Positions 44,892 to 55,731 of a DNA stretch of 64,000 nucleotides are shown here, in pieces. Origin of the DNA: Bdellovibrionales bacterium (GTDB lineage Bacteria; Bdellovibrionota; Bdellovibrionia; Bdellovibrionales; UBA1609); assembly GCA_965261545.1 (NCBI GenBank), contig CBDHDF010000007.1, forward strand, positions 128,001 through 192,000, written 5' to 3'. Each line of letters opens with the position of its first letter. Positions within the stretch are counted from its first letter, which is position 1. The position numbers and the translations under genes are program-made. The notes under the pieces were generated by a model, which searched no databases, was not told the origin of the DNA, and saw nothing but the letters and a program-made list of their open reading frames with translations.

Positions 44892-45090
44892 GCGGCGTCT
44901 CACTTTTGTCATATATCCACTCTGGCCATTATCTCATAAAAATTAAGTCAAGTTATTAAAATAGGATGTATCTATTCAGGGGGGCATTTACTACAATACA
45001 AAGTCACGCCCTCATTGGGCAACTTTTAGATTTAAATATTTAAAAATATATCATGTATTTATTTAAAATATGCATATTGGAGGCTCTTCC

Positions 45091-46122
45091 ATGGCACAGC
45101 TAAAATCTCAAAATACTTCAAAGCACTTAGGGACCAATGAAGGCTCCTATCTCTCCCAAAGGCCCCGAAGAAATCGACGCATGGCTTCCATTCGCCAGAT
45201 GGTGAGAGAAACCACCCTTCTGCCATCAGACCTCATTCTGCCCCTCTTCGTCACATCCAAGGAGAAAAAGGAAAAAATTTCCTCCATGCCAGGGGTTTAT
45301 CGACACTCCATGGAGTCTTTGATCCCTGAAGCTCAGAAAGCCTTTGAAAGAGGTATTCCTGGAGTGCTTTTGTTCCCAGCCCTTGAAGACTTCGTAAAAG
45401 ATGAGGTGGCCTCCGAAGCCATCAACCCCCATGGTTTACTTCAAAAAGCCATTCGAGCCATCAAAAGAGAGCTTCCCAAGCTCTGTGTCATCAGCGATGT
45501 CGCCATGGACCCCTACTCCATCCATGGCCATGACGGACTATGGAAAGATGACAAGGTTCTCAATGACGAAACCATTGACATACTGGCTGCCATGGCTGTG
45601 AACCAAGCACGATCTGGAGTCGATTATGTGGCCCCCTCGGATATGATGGATGGGCGAGTGGGGGCCATTCGAGAAGCTTTGGATCGTGAGGGCTTTTCAA
45701 ATGTGGGGATTATTTCCTATGGTGTTAAGTATGCCTCAAGTTTTTACAGCCCCTTTCGGGAGGCTCTCAGCTCCGCCCCCAAACACGGTGACAAAAAAAC
45801 CTACCAAATGGACCCTGCCAATTCCAAAGAGGCCGTAAGGGAGATGCTCCTAGATGAAAACCAAGGAGCTGATATTCTTGTGGTCAAACCCGCCTTGGCC
45901 TACCTGGACATCATTGCCAAGGTCAAAGACCAGGTTCAACTTCCCGTGGCCACCTACCATGTCAGTGGTGAATATGCCATGATTAAGGCGGCCAGTGAAA
46001 GATCTTGGATTGATGGAGAAAAGGTGATGCTTGAAGCTCATCTCGCCATGAAAAGAGCCGGGGCAGATATTATTTTTACATACTCGGCCATAGAGATCGC
46101 GGAGATACTTCATGGAAGCTGA
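45091..46122 (+). CDS. hemB: Porphobilinogen synthase
   Basis: RPRRNR, APSDMMDGRV, KYASSFYSPFR, VKPALAYLD and YHVSGEYAMIK motifs. Confidence 0.97.
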   Translation: MAQLKSQNTSKHLGTNEGSYLSQRPRRNRRMASIRQMVRETTLLPSDLILPLFVTSKEKKEKISSMPGVYRHSMESLIPEAQKAFERGIPGVLLFPALEDFVKDEVASEAINPHGLLQKAIRAIKRELPKLCVISDVAMDPYSIHGHDGLWKDDKVLNDETIDILAAMAVNQARSGVDYVAPSDMMDGRVGAIREALDREGFSNVGIISYGVKYASSFYSPFREALSSAPKHGDKKTYQMDPANSKEAVREMLLDENQGADILVVKPALAYLDIIAKVKDQVQLPVATYHVSGEYAMIKAASERSWIDGEKVMLEAHLAMKRAGADIIFTYSAIEIAEILHGS

Positions 46123-46948
46123 ACAAACTGAAGTTTACGATATGATTTCTCCAAAACCCAAAGAAGTTCCTCCCATAGTCTCTATAGCTCCTATCGTCCC
46201 TATCCTGGTGAGTATTCCCCATGCAGGCACCCACTTTCCCAAAGAACTCGCCGCCAACTACCACCCCCACATTCTCCAACACCCCACGGACACAGATTGG
46301 TTTGTGGATAAACTCTATGACTTTGCTTTGCGCTTGGGAATCACCCTCATTGTGGCCAAGCTCTCAAGGTATGTCATTGACCTCAACCGCAACCCCGAAA
46401 ATCAAGCCCTTTACTCTGAAGAAAGACCTCAGACCTCCCTTGTGCCCACCCATAGCTTTGAAGGAAAAAGTCTCTACATCGGGAACCCTCCCAACAGCAA
46501 AGAAATTCATCGTCGCCTCACAAATTACTATCACCCCTACCATGTGGCCATTTCAAATAAACTTAGGGAATTCAAGTTAACTTTTGGACATGCCCTATTT
46601 TTTGATGCTCACTCTATCAAACACCTTGTCCCCGGCCTAAATCCAAAGCCCTTTCACCAAATCACTTTGAGCGATCACAACGGACAATGCGCCCACCCAA
46701 AACTTGTGGAGCAAGCTCTTCAAAGTCTTCGAAGTGGACCCTATGCAGTGGCCTACAATGAAAACTTTCTTGGAGGTCAATTGGTTCGAAGTATGGGGCA
46801 GCCGGCAAAGAATATTTATGGCCTTCAATTAGAAATGTGTCAAAATATTTATATGGATGAGGACACCACTTGTTACCTCCCTAAAAAGGCCGCTCAAGTT
46901 CAGAAACTCTTAGAGCAGCTTTTTAAAGACCTCATCCGTTGCCTTTAG
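46112..46948 (+). CDS. hutG: N-formylglutamate amidohydrolase
   Basis: SIPHAG, DTDWFVD, SRYVIDLNR, DAHSI and QLEM motifs. Confidence 0.88.
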   Translation: MEAEQTEVYDMISPKPKEVPPIVSIAPIVPILVSIPHAGTHFPKELAANYHPHILQHPTDTDWFVDKLYDFALRLGITLIVAKLSRYVIDLNRNPENQALYSEERPQTSLVPTHSFEGKSLYIGNPPNSKEIHRRLTNYYHPYHVAISNKLREFKLTFGHALFFDAHSIKHLVPGLNPKPFHQITLSDHNGQCAHPKLVEQALQSLRSGPYAVAYNENFLGGQLVRSMGQPAKNIYGLQLEMCQNIYMDEDTTCYLPKKAAQVQKLLEQLFKDLIRCL

Positions 46949-47138
46949 TTCAGAAAGAAGTGGGTGAGCATGACGCCTTACAGAGATTCACTCTACTCTC
47001 ATTTAGGGAGTGGTCGCCCCCGTTCGTGTGAGTCGTGATATACGATCCCCCTTGATATAGATACAAATAAAGAAATGTTATTCGTCTCGAAAGATTTTTT
47101 AAATTGCACAATCCCTTTTTATTAGGGACAAGAGTCAT

Positions 47139-47246
47139 GCCAAGGGGAGAGAATTAATCTAAGAGGGAAAATGTAACGCCAAGGGGAGAGAATTAATCTA
47201 AGGGGAAAAAATGACGCCAAGGGGAGAGAATTAATCTAAGAGGGAA
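47139..47246. repeat. Three tandem 38-39-bp units GCCAAGGGGAGAGAATTAATCTAAG(A)GGGAA
   Basis: Units start at 47139, 47178 and 47216, between convergent genes. Confidence 0.9.
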
Positions 47247-47288
47247 GATTGGCTTCGGGAAGAAAACTCTTTGAATGAAGTCTCAAAT

Positions 47289-48641
47289 TTATTTGATGAA
47301 AGTAGCTTGCTTTTGTATAAGCTTTAAAATCTCTTTACGACAGGTCAGTTGTCTCTGAATTTGCTCTCGATAAGAGTACTTTAAAAGCTCCCCCAAGGGT
47401 CTTCCTTTCCAGCCGAGGGCCAAGAGGTCTTTTCCTGTCACTAAAGGTAAAGGGAGCTTGCCCCCGCCTAGGCAGGCCGCTTGATAATGCTTCTGATGTT
47501 GACACAAAACTTCATCGGATTGATTCCATGCCTTTAAGAACCACTGAGAAAACTCCATCCATCGAGATGCGTCTTTTTGATCTAAAATTTGAAAAGCTTC
47601 CCACCAAGTCTCCCGGTGAGTTAAGACTCTATAAGCCAATATATAATTGAATATTTCTTTTTTCATTGCATTGGAAAGTTTCCATCTCGACAAATACCTT
47701 TTCCAATTCGACAAATACTTTTTCCAACTCACTGTTTTTTCGGAGCCATCAGCATGGGTGTCAGAACCAGAGGGAATGTCAGAGTTAGAAGGAAGAGTCA
47801 AAAGAAGTAAACCCGCGAACAGCGAAGAAAGATTTTTCTCTGAAAAATGACGCATGAGAAACTTTATTTTTTCAAAGCTGTGGCCTTCAAGAGCAGCACT
47901 TAATTCACCAAAAAGGCAAGAGTTCAAATGAGCCGTCCTGATAAGCTCCAATCCTTTGTAATTATGAGGGCTTTCCATCATTTTTTTCATTTCAATCACA
48001 ATTCTTTCTATGGATATGTATGCAAGCTTTTCTCCAAGGTCACAAATAGCATGAAAAGTCTTCTCCTCTATGGATAGGTTCAATTCCACGGCAAACCGAA
48101 TGGCTCTCAGTATTCTTAGGTGATCTTCTAAGAATCTCTTTTTAGGGTCTCCTACACATCGTATGATCCCCCTTTCCAGGTCCTTTTGCCCCCCGACAAA
48201 ATCAATCACCTGTTGCCCATCAAAAAATAGAGCATTAATGGTAAAGTCTCTTCTTAGAGCATCCTCCCTAGGTGCGCTGTAAGTCACACTTTGAGGATGT
48301 CTTCCATCATGGTACTCCTCGTCATGTCGAAAGCGCGTCACTTCCACTTGCCCTCCACCATTGAGAGGAATCATGACCACTCCAAAGCTCTTACCTAATT
48401 CGAAGGATCCCGGGAATAAACTTAAAACTTCATCTGGTTCGGCATCGCTGGCTATATCTAAGTCTTTGGCCACTCGTTCCAAAAGGGCATCTCGGACACA
48501 ACCCCCTGTCCAATAAGTACAGTGGCCATTTGCTAAGAGTTTTTTAAAAATGGAAGAAGCCTCTTTCCAATGAGGATATTTTTGCAAATTCTGGAGTATA
48601 TATTTACATTTATCCCTACAATTATCCCTACATTTATCCAT
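47289..48641 (-). CDS. cca: CCA tRNA nucleotidyltransferase / poly(A) polymerase family
   Basis: GGCVRD, DLDIA, RRDFTINA and EDHLRILRAIRF motifs. Confidence 0.9.
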   Translation of the reverse strand: MDKCRDNCRDKCKYILQNLQKYPHWKEASSIFKKLLANGHCTYWTGGCVRDALLERVAKDLDIASDAEPDEVLSLFPGSFELGKSFGVVMIPLNGGGQVEVTRFRHDEEYHDGRHPQSVTYSAPREDALRRDFTINALFFDGQQVIDFVGGQKDLERGIIRCVGDPKKRFLEDHLRILRAIRFAVELNLSIEEKTFHAICDLGEKLAYISIERIVIEMKKMMESPHNYKGLELIRTAHLNSCLFGELSAALEGHSFEKIKFLMRHFSEKNLSSLFAGLLLLTLPSNSDIPSGSDTHADGSEKTVSWKKYLSNWKRYLSRWKLSNAMKKEIFNYILAYRVLTHRETWWEAFQILDQKDASRWMEFSQWFLKAWNQSDEVLCQHQKHYQAACLGGGKLPLPLVTGKDLLALGWKGRPLGELLKYSYREQIQRQLTCRKEILKLIQKQATFIK

Positions 48642-48781
48642 AGAGTTTAAATACTTAATAAATATTGACTTGTAAATGTTAACTGTGGATATTGATTGGC
48701 CGATACGAACTTGTGTAGGGGGGGTTGATTTATGAGGGTTGATTCCTTTAATCTTAACTGTGAAAGGGTGAAGGGATATTC

Positions 48782-51082
48782 ATGATCTTAAATATTTCAA
48801 ATACAACTCATTTGTTTAGTCTATGGTTGGGCCTATTGTTAGGTCTGTATCGCTATGTTTTGGCTTCCTTGGCTTCTTTGATTTCAAATAGCTCGACGAT
48901 TTCAAATGGCTCAACGATTTCAAATAGCTCGACTCAAGTATTGAGCATGATCTTGACCTTGCCTTTGGCCCTGTTTTTCTTTTTCTTGTCTTTTTCTCAA
49001 CCTGTGCAGGCTCGACAAATGAGGGGGAAGATTGACTTAGCTTGTAAGCATATTTCACCTATTGAACACAGTTATCTTTCGAGACATATCAACTATAGAG
49101 AGACAAGTAAAAATCTCGAATCGAGAACGATCACTCAGTTTATCAAGAAGTTGGATGGGTCTAAGATTTATCTCTTAGAAAGTGACGTTAAGAAGATTCA
49201 AAAAAAGATGAAGGGAATTTTTGGCAAGGTGAGAATGCGAAACTGTAGCCCTATCAAAGAGTCCCATGACTTACTCATGGTTCGTATCAATGAGAGAGTG
49301 CGTTTTGCCACAAGTTATTTAGGACCTAAGTTTAAATTTAATAAAAACACTCAATTGATTCTGGACCCTGATTATAGAAAATACTCTAAAACGAAGAGAC
49401 AGGCTGATAAGTACCACAAAAAGTATATTCAGTTTCAGGTTTCCAATTACTTAGCGACCGATATGAAGCCTGAAGAGGCTAAGCAAAATGTTGTGCGGAG
49501 TTATGAGAGGATGTTGAAGAGAGTCGGTAAGATGGGGAAACCTGAAAATAGATCGGACCTATGGGCTATTTATGTAGATGCCTTTGCCATGGCCCTGGAT
49601 CCTCATTCCAGGTATCTATCTCAAGATGCTTTAGAGGACTTTCAAATTCAAATGCGCCTGTCTTTGGAGGGCATAGGGGCCACGCTGAGCAACCGGGATG
49701 GCTTTACTGTGGTGGAGCAGTTGGTTCCAGGGGGAGCGGCGGCGAGATCGGGCCTTTTGAGACCCAAGGACAAAATCATTGCTGTGGGTCAGGAGGATGG
49801 ACCTTTAGAAAATATTGTGGAACAGGAATTGCGTGATGTGGTTAAAAAAATTAGAGGCCCCAAGGGAAGCAAGGTGCGTTTAAAGATATTGCGTAAGAAG
49901 AAGAGTAAGGGGGGGGGCAGAAAGCCTCTTACAGTGGTTCTGGTTCGTGATAAGGTTAAATTGGAAGACGAGGCGGCCTCTGTCCACTATATAGAGAGGC
50001 CGGAGAGTGGTAAGAAGAAGTTGATTGCCCTACTTAATCTTCCTTCTTTTTACGCAGATGGCCGTCACCATGGCCGTTCTTCGGCCAAGGACCTTAAAAA
50101 ACTTCTCGCTGAAGCCAATAAAAAGAAAGTTGATGGAGTCATTCTTGATCTTTCCACCAACGGGGGAGGGGCTTTGGATGATGCTGTTAAGATTGCAGGG
50201 CTCTTTTTTAAGAAAGGAAATGTCGTTAAGCAATCCCATAGAGATCCCCAGCAAGGGGAAATTGTTTTGCCAGATAATGATTCCACTGTGGACTATGCCG
50301 GTCCCCTCGTGGTTCTCACCAGTCGAATCAGTGCCTCTGCATCGGAGATTGTGGCGGGAACTCTTCAAGATTACAAAAGGGCTCTTGTTGTGGGTGGAGA
50401 TCATACCTTTGGGAAGGGGAGTGTTCAATCGGTGGAGCCTCTTCCCCCTGGCCTTGGTGCTATTAAAACCACAGTGGGTATGTTTTTCATTCCGGGGGGA
50501 GGCTCCACACAACATCGTGGAGTTACCTCGGATATCTCCATGCCAAGTGAGTACTCCATGAACGAGGTTGGAGAAAAAACATTAGACTATTCTCTTCCTC
50601 CCAAAAAAGTCAAGCAGTTTCTTTCCAAAGAGGCCTATGTTCCCAAGGGAAAGAAAGGTTTTTGGAAAAAAGTGACGGCTTCATTGGCCAGGAAGTTGGG
50701 TTTTAAATCCAAGACACGCATTGCGGCCAGTGAGGACTTTGACAAAATTCGCAAGAGTATTCTTAAGAATAAAAAACGAGGAAAACTCCTTAAAGTGAGT
50801 GAAGTTTTGGAAGATAAAAAGGACTCAGAAGAGAAGCTTACAAAGGGTACGACGAGTTTTCAAAAAGGGAAGTCAAAAATCACTGACAACAAGCCTGCCA
50901 ATGGAGACGATGATAAATCTTCGGCAGATAAGTCTTTGGAGGAGACGGGCATTCTCAGCCCTGAGGAAAAGAAGAAAAGGTACCTTCAAAGAGCTGACAT
51001 TCAAGAAGCTCTTCATATCATGATGGATTATATCAAAGAGAGTGCAAAATCAGTTACCCTTGGGGCAAAGGCTAAGAGGTAG
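48782..51082 (+). CDS. prc: Tail-specific (S41, PDZ) protease; the start may be further downstream
   Basis: LDPHS, EGIGA, SASASEI and TFGKGSVQ motifs. Confidence 0.92.
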   Translation: MILNISNTTHLFSLWLGLLLGLYRYVLASLASLISNSSTISNGSTISNSSTQVLSMILTLPLALFFFFLSFSQPVQARQMRGKIDLACKHISPIEHSYLSRHINYRETSKNLESRTITQFIKKLDGSKIYLLESDVKKIQKKMKGIFGKVRMRNCSPIKESHDLLMVRINERVRFATSYLGPKFKFNKNTQLILDPDYRKYSKTKRQADKYHKKYIQFQVSNYLATDMKPEEAKQNVVRSYERMLKRVGKMGKPENRSDLWAIYVDAFAMALDPHSRYLSQDALEDFQIQMRLSLEGIGATLSNRDGFTVVEQLVPGGAAARSGLLRPKDKIIAVGQEDGPLENIVEQELRDVVKKIRGPKGSKVRLKILRKKKSKGGGRKPLTVVLVRDKVKLEDEAASVHYIERPESGKKKLIALLNLPSFYADGRHHGRSSAKDLKKLLAEANKKKVDGVILDLSTNGGGALDDAVKIAGLFFKKGNVVKQSHRDPQQGEIVLPDNDSTVDYAGPLVVLTSRISASASEIVAGTLQDYKRALVVGGDHTFGKGSVQSVEPLPPGLGAIKTTVGMFFIPGGGSTQHRGVTSDISMPSEYSMNEVGEKTLDYSLPPKKVKQFLSKEAYVPKGKKGFWKKVTASLARKLGFKSKTRIAASEDFDKIRKSILKNKKRGKLLKVSEVLEDKKDSEEKLTKGTTSFQKGKSKITDNKPANGDDDKSSADKSLEETGILSPEEKKKRYLQRADIQEALHIMMDYIKESAKSVTLGAKAKR

Positions 51083-51836
51083 AGGCGATGAGTTCACTCA
51101 AGCCCACTTTCATATCTTGGTGTATCTTTTGTTTGAGTTTCTGGTGGGAGTTGGGAGGGTAGCTAGATATATCCACTGAGGGAAGAATTTTAATGAAGAC
51201 CTTTCGTTTCCATTTTCCACAGTTGATTCGGAGAGATTTTGGTGGAAGGGTCTCCAGTGCACCACTTATCACCACAGGCACAATGGGCATTTGAGCTTCA
51301 AGGGCGAGTAGAAAAGGACCTGATTTAAAATCTCCTAGTTTCTCTTCCCGTTGTCGAGTTCCCTCGGGGGCGATGGCTATGGAAAAAAAACGACTTTGGG
51401 CCTCTTTGGCCACTTGATGATAAGTGCTGATGGTTTTTGAACGATTGGATCGGTCGATAAGAATGGTTTCTTCCGCACGGAGAATAGAGCCAAAGATAGG
51501 AATTTTGCTTAATTCTCTTTTTGACACAAATCTGACCGTGACGGGCAGACACATAACAATAAGGAGAATATCCAATATACTTGTGTGATTGAAAAGTACA
51601 AGGTGGCTATCTTTGGGGATATTTTCGAGCCCTTCCAGTTGAGCTTTGATACCTGCCAGTGAAAAAAAGCTTTTGCACCACAAGACTCTCATAGACCGTT
51701 TGAAAGGGTGGTCATTTTTTATAAAGAAAGAGACAAGGATAAGCATGGGTCCCAAAAAAATGCAAGAGCAAGCGATGTACATAAATGCGATGGGGCTTCT
51801 TATATAACTAAGAAAATTAAGAAAGTGAATAAACAT
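51072..51836 (-). CDS. plsC: 1-acyl-sn-glycerol-3-phosphate acyltransferase
   Basis: NHTSILD and PEGTR motifs. Confidence 0.9.
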   Translation of the reverse strand: MFIHFLNFLSYIRSPIAFMYIACSCIFLGPMLILVSFFIKNDHPFKRSMRVLWCKSFFSLAGIKAQLEGLENIPKDSHLVLFNHTSILDILLIVMCLPVTVRFVSKRELSKIPIFGSILRAEETILIDRSNRSKTISTYHQVAKEAQSRFFSIAIAPEGTRQREEKLGDFKSGPFLLALEAQMPIVPVVISGALETLPPKSLRINCGKWKRKVFIKILPSVDISSYPPNSHQKLKQKIHQDMKVGLSELIASTS

Positions 51837-52929
51837 TTTTATCCTTGGGGGCTGCCACCCCTTTATCCTTGGGGGTTGCCACCCCTTGGGTTATTGAGTT
51901 TTTGAGCTTTTGAACAGTGGATTCTTGAGTCGTGGGACCATGTTCTTTGGGTTGTAAAACCACTCTCTTCTTGTGTCCATCCAGATGAGGCCGGCGTGTT
52001 TTATGCCCCATTTTGAAGTGGTGGGCACAATTTTTAGAGCAGGTTCTCAACTCTCGGTTCTTATCTTGGCTCTTTCGAAAACAATCTGTACAAACGATGT
52101 CTTTTCGATGGCATTGTAGGCAGTGGATACGCTGGTGACCTGGATCTCCACAGTGGGGGCAAAGACGATACTTTTGAGAGGGCTTGAGGTGCTGGTCTAA
52201 GGCCACCCGATAATCAAAGACAAAGCACTCTCCTTGGAATCCTTCAGGGTTGCGGGGAAATTCTTTTAAATAATTGATAATTCCGCCATCCAATTGGTAA
52301 ACATTTTTATAGCCTTGCTCTTGGGCAAGGAGTAGAGCCTTTTCACAGCGAATTCCCCCAGTGCAGTACATAAGAACTTTCTTGTTCTTGGAAAGATTTG
52401 AGTTTTTTAAGTAGTGTGGAAACTCATTAAACTCATGGATTTGAGGATCAATGGCGTTTTTAAAGTGCCCCATTTTTGTTTCATATTGATTCCTAACATC
52501 TAATAAAATAACATCTTTTTCTTTTAAAGCCCTGTGCCACTCCTTGGGAGAGAGGTGAAGATTCTTGTCACCGGGGACGAGGTCAGGTCGGTGAAGGGAA
52601 ACAATTTCTTTTTTTGTTTTGACCTTCATGTCGTGGAAGGGGTGTTTGTGGGACCATGAATCTTTAAAAATGAGTTCTTCACGAAGGCTTTCTTCACGAA
52701 AATTGTCTTCACGAAGGCTTTTTTCACAAAGGCTTAAAATGAGATTTTTGTAGTGGGTGATGGCGACTTCTGATCCTGAGAGGGTCCCATTGAGACCCTC
52801 AACTCCCACAAGAAGGAGTCCGCGCAGGTCAAGGTCTGTGGCCTCATTAAGGAGCCTCTGCTTGAGGCTGTCAAATTGATGAGGGGCGATGGGGGTGAAC
52901 TTATAAAAAGTTGTAATCAAAACATCCAT
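51817..52929 (-). CDS. trhO: Rhodanese-domain tRNA U34 hydroxylase (UPF0176)
   Basis: EGLNGT, DVRNQYE..GHF, YCTGGIRCEKA and CFVFD.R motifs. Confidence 0.92.
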   Translation of the reverse strand: MDVLITTFYKFTPIAPHQFDSLKQRLLNEATDLDLRGLLLVGVEGLNGTLSGSEVAITHYKNLILSLCEKSLREDNFREESLREELIFKDSWSHKHPFHDMKVKTKKEIVSLHRPDLVPGDKNLHLSPKEWHRALKEKDVILLDVRNQYETKMGHFKNAIDPQIHEFNEFPHYLKNSNLSKNKKVLMYCTGGIRCEKALLLAQEQGYKNVYQLDGGIINYLKEFPRNPEGFQGECFVFDYRVALDQHLKPSQKYRLCPHCGDPGHQRIHCLQCHRKDIVCTDCFRKSQDKNRELRTCSKNCAHHFKMGHKTRRPHLDGHKKRVVLQPKEHGPTTQESTVQKLKNSITQGVATPKDKGVAAPKDKNVYSLS

Positions 52930-53121
52930 AGGGTTTTAGTAATAAAAAAAGGGAAAACAGTCAAGAATCAACAATATGTTGCTTTTGAGCAACCAACAAT
53001 AGTAGTATAAGGGACTTGAGGTGAAAAGATATCCATAAAACAAAGGTGCTAAGAGATTTGAGTCGAGAAAATATTCATCATGGCATTTATGGCTATGGCG
53101 CCCACGGCGGTGGTGGTCCAC

Positions 53122-55719
53122 ATGTTGTCCGTCAATAGTGGTGAAAACAGCCCTCCTAGTGGTGGCGAGAATAGTCCAAGCCTAGAGTCGCTTTCAGGAA
53201 TTGTCGAAAGAGTGACATTTCATAATGAGCAAAATGGGTGGTCTGTTCTCAAAGTTTCCTCTTTCAGAGATGTGACGCCCGTGGTGGTGATTGTTCATCA
53301 GGCTAAGGTTTTTGCCGGGGCCACCATGGAGTTTTGGGGGCAGTGGGTGGAGCACTCCAAGTATGGTCGCCAATTTAAGGCTGTGCGCGCCCTTGAAAAA
53401 AAGCCCGCCTCTGCGGCAGCTTTGGAGAAGTATTTAGGCTCAGGGCTTATCAAGGGGGTGGGACCTTTCACAGCCAAGAGAATTGTGTCTTATTTTAAAG
53501 ATCGCACTTTTGAAGTCTTTGAAAATTCCATTGAAGAACTCATGCAGGTTCCGGGAATTGCCTCTAAGAAGTTAGCTTTTATTAGGGAATCTTGGGAAGA
53601 GCATCGTGCGATTAGGGATGTTATGATTTTTCTCCAGAAATATGGCATCAGCACTCTCTTCGCCACCAAGATATATAAAACTTATAGGGATGATGCCATC
53701 TCTATAGTTTCAGAAAATCCCTATCGTTTGGCCCAAGATATTTATGGGATTGGCTTCTTTTCAGCGGACAAAGTGGCTCTCTCCATGGGCTTTGAAAGGA
53801 TGGGGGTGCCTCGTATTGCTGCGGGGATGAAGCATGTTTTGGCTTCCAGCCGTGATAAGGGCCATTGCTATTTGAAAGAAGATCAGATTCTTACACAAAC
53901 CACAGAATTGCTCAGTGAAGATATTCCAACAGAAAAATTAAAAAGTGTGCTTGACTCTCTTGTGCAAACTCAAGAGGTTCGATTTCGAAGGCTCGAAGTG
54001 AGAGGGGGGGAGAGCATTCATTGCTTTTACTCCAAGACTCTTTATTTTGATGAGATTCAGGTAGCCCATCTCATCAAAAGATTTGTATCTCAGTCCATAA
54101 AGGTCGATGAGGAACGCATTCGATCTTGGGTCTCTAGGTATTGTCAGAAAAATGAGATGCTTCTCAGTGAAGAACAAGAACACGCGGTGTGTACCATACC
54201 TTCTCGCGGTTTTTCTATTCTTACAGGTGGTCCGGGTTGTGGAAAAACCACTTGCACGAAGGCTCTTGTGGCTTTGCTTCAGGCCATGAAGCTAAGGGTG
54301 ACCCTTGTCGCTCCCACGGGGCGAGCTGCCCAGAGGATGACAGAGGTGATTGGCTTAGAGTCCAAGACGATTCACAGGTTGTTGGGATGGGTACCAGCCC
54401 ATAATCATTTCCAGAAAAATGAACAAGATCCTCTCGAAACGGATTTTGTGGTTTTGGATGAGGCTTCTATGCTCGATATTTCTCTGGCAGCCCACCTTCT
54501 CAAAGCGATTCCTCCGTCGGCTCAAGTGCTTTTTATTGGTGACCCGGATCAATTGCCTTCGGTGGGGGCAGGGCGTGTGTTGGCCGATCTTTTGGAGTCA
54601 GATGTGATTCCATCTCTTCGTTTGACTCAAGTTTTTCGTCAGGCTCAAGCCTCTTCTATTATTCGATTTGCCCATGATATCAATGGAGGAAGGATTCCCA
54701 AAATCATTTCCCCCATCCACAATCCCCATGCCTATGAAAAGGGGAATGATTGCTTGTTTCTCGATGCGAACGAAGCCACTCAAGATCAAATGAAGTTTAT
54801 ACGTCAGGTGCGTGGAATTGCCAATTCCTTGGGAAAAGATGGACGGCTTTTAAAATTCAAGGATGAGTGGGTGGGCAAGATGCTCAAGTCCATGGGAGGG
54901 GAGGGGGCTGAAATTGATGAAGTCGAAGTCGATAAGCTTTATCGTCCTCCCTTGGAAAGTGATGAGGAGGTGAGAAGACCGGCCCTATCTATTCCTGAAA
55001 AGTTTCGATATGTGGATATTTCTAAATTGGCCAACTCTAAGTCTGAAATTGAAGAGCTTATGTCGGTCCTTAAATCAGTCCATCCTTGGTCATCTCTTCA
55101 CTTTGGCATGACGGCTGTTGATACAGTTTTAAGAGTTTATACTCAATCCATAGAAAAGTGGCTGGGACGAAAATCTGAAATTCAAATATTAACCCCCCAA
55201 GTGCGAGGAAGTTTAGGAACCATCAACCTCAATGAGTCTATTCAAAAGCTTTGCAATCCGGAGTCACCTATGACCAAGCAGGTTCAAATGGGTTACAGAG
55301 TTTTGCGAGTCCATGATCGAGTGATTCAAACTCGTAACAACTATGATTTAGGTGTTTTTAATGGAGATATTGGCCGCATTGTAGACTTGGATATGGAGAA
55401 ACTGTTATGCACAGTGCTTTTTTCTGGGGGAACTGAGGAGCGGGAGGTAGTTTTTCAAAGGGAGGATCTGATAGATATTCAGTTGGCTTATGCCATTACA
55501 GTGCATAAGTCTCAGGGAAGTGAATTTGAGGTGGTTATTATTCCTGTCCTTGGCCAACACTTCAATATGCTTTTTCGCAATCTCATATACACAGGGCTGA
55601 CTCGTGCTAAAAAGCTTGCTATTTTTGTAGGCAGTCGCAAGGCTCTCTCCATGGCCATTCGCCAAGTGGATAGCCGGGAAAGGCAGACCGCCTTGAAGTC
55701 ACTGATCGAGGGTCACTGA
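53122..55719 (+). CDS. recD2: RecD2-like SF1B helicase
   Basis: OB and HhH N-terminus; GGPGCGKT, DEASM, GDPDQLPSVG and AITVHKSQGSEF motifs. Start uncertain. Confidence 0.93.
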   Translation: MLSVNSGENSPPSGGENSPSLESLSGIVERVTFHNEQNGWSVLKVSSFRDVTPVVVIVHQAKVFAGATMEFWGQWVEHSKYGRQFKAVRALEKKPASAAALEKYLGSGLIKGVGPFTAKRIVSYFKDRTFEVFENSIEELMQVPGIASKKLAFIRESWEEHRAIRDVMIFLQKYGISTLFATKIYKTYRDDAISIVSENPYRLAQDIYGIGFFSADKVALSMGFERMGVPRIAAGMKHVLASSRDKGHCYLKEDQILTQTTELLSEDIPTEKLKSVLDSLVQTQEVRFRRLEVRGGESIHCFYSKTLYFDEIQVAHLIKRFVSQSIKVDEERIRSWVSRYCQKNEMLLSEEQEHAVCTIPSRGFSILTGGPGCGKTTCTKALVALLQAMKLRVTLVAPTGRAAQRMTEVIGLESKTIHRLLGWVPAHNHFQKNEQDPLETDFVVLDEASMLDISLAAHLLKAIPPSAQVLFIGDPDQLPSVGAGRVLADLLESDVIPSLRLTQVFRQAQASSIIRFAHDINGGRIPKIISPIHNPHAYEKGNDCLFLDANEATQDQMKFIRQVRGIANSLGKDGRLLKFKDEWVGKMLKSMGGEGAEIDEVEVDKLYRPPLESDEEVRRPALSIPEKFRYVDISKLANSKSEIEELMSVLKSVHPWSSLHFGMTAVDTVLRVYTQSIEKWLGRKSEIQILTPQVRGSLGTINLNESIQKLCNPESPMTKQVQMGYRVLRVHDRVIQTRNNYDLGVFNGDIGRIVDLDMEKLLCTVLFSGGTEEREVVFQREDLIDIQLAYAITVHKSQGSEFEVVIIPVLGQHFNMLFRNLIYTGLTRAKKLAIFVGSRKALSMAIRQVDSRERQTALKSLIEGH

Positions 55720-55731
55720 TCGAGGATCGTT

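Noticed and set aside
47139..47246. CRISPR array
   Set aside because: The variable parts are only ~8 nt and there are no cas genes; this is a plain tandem repeat.
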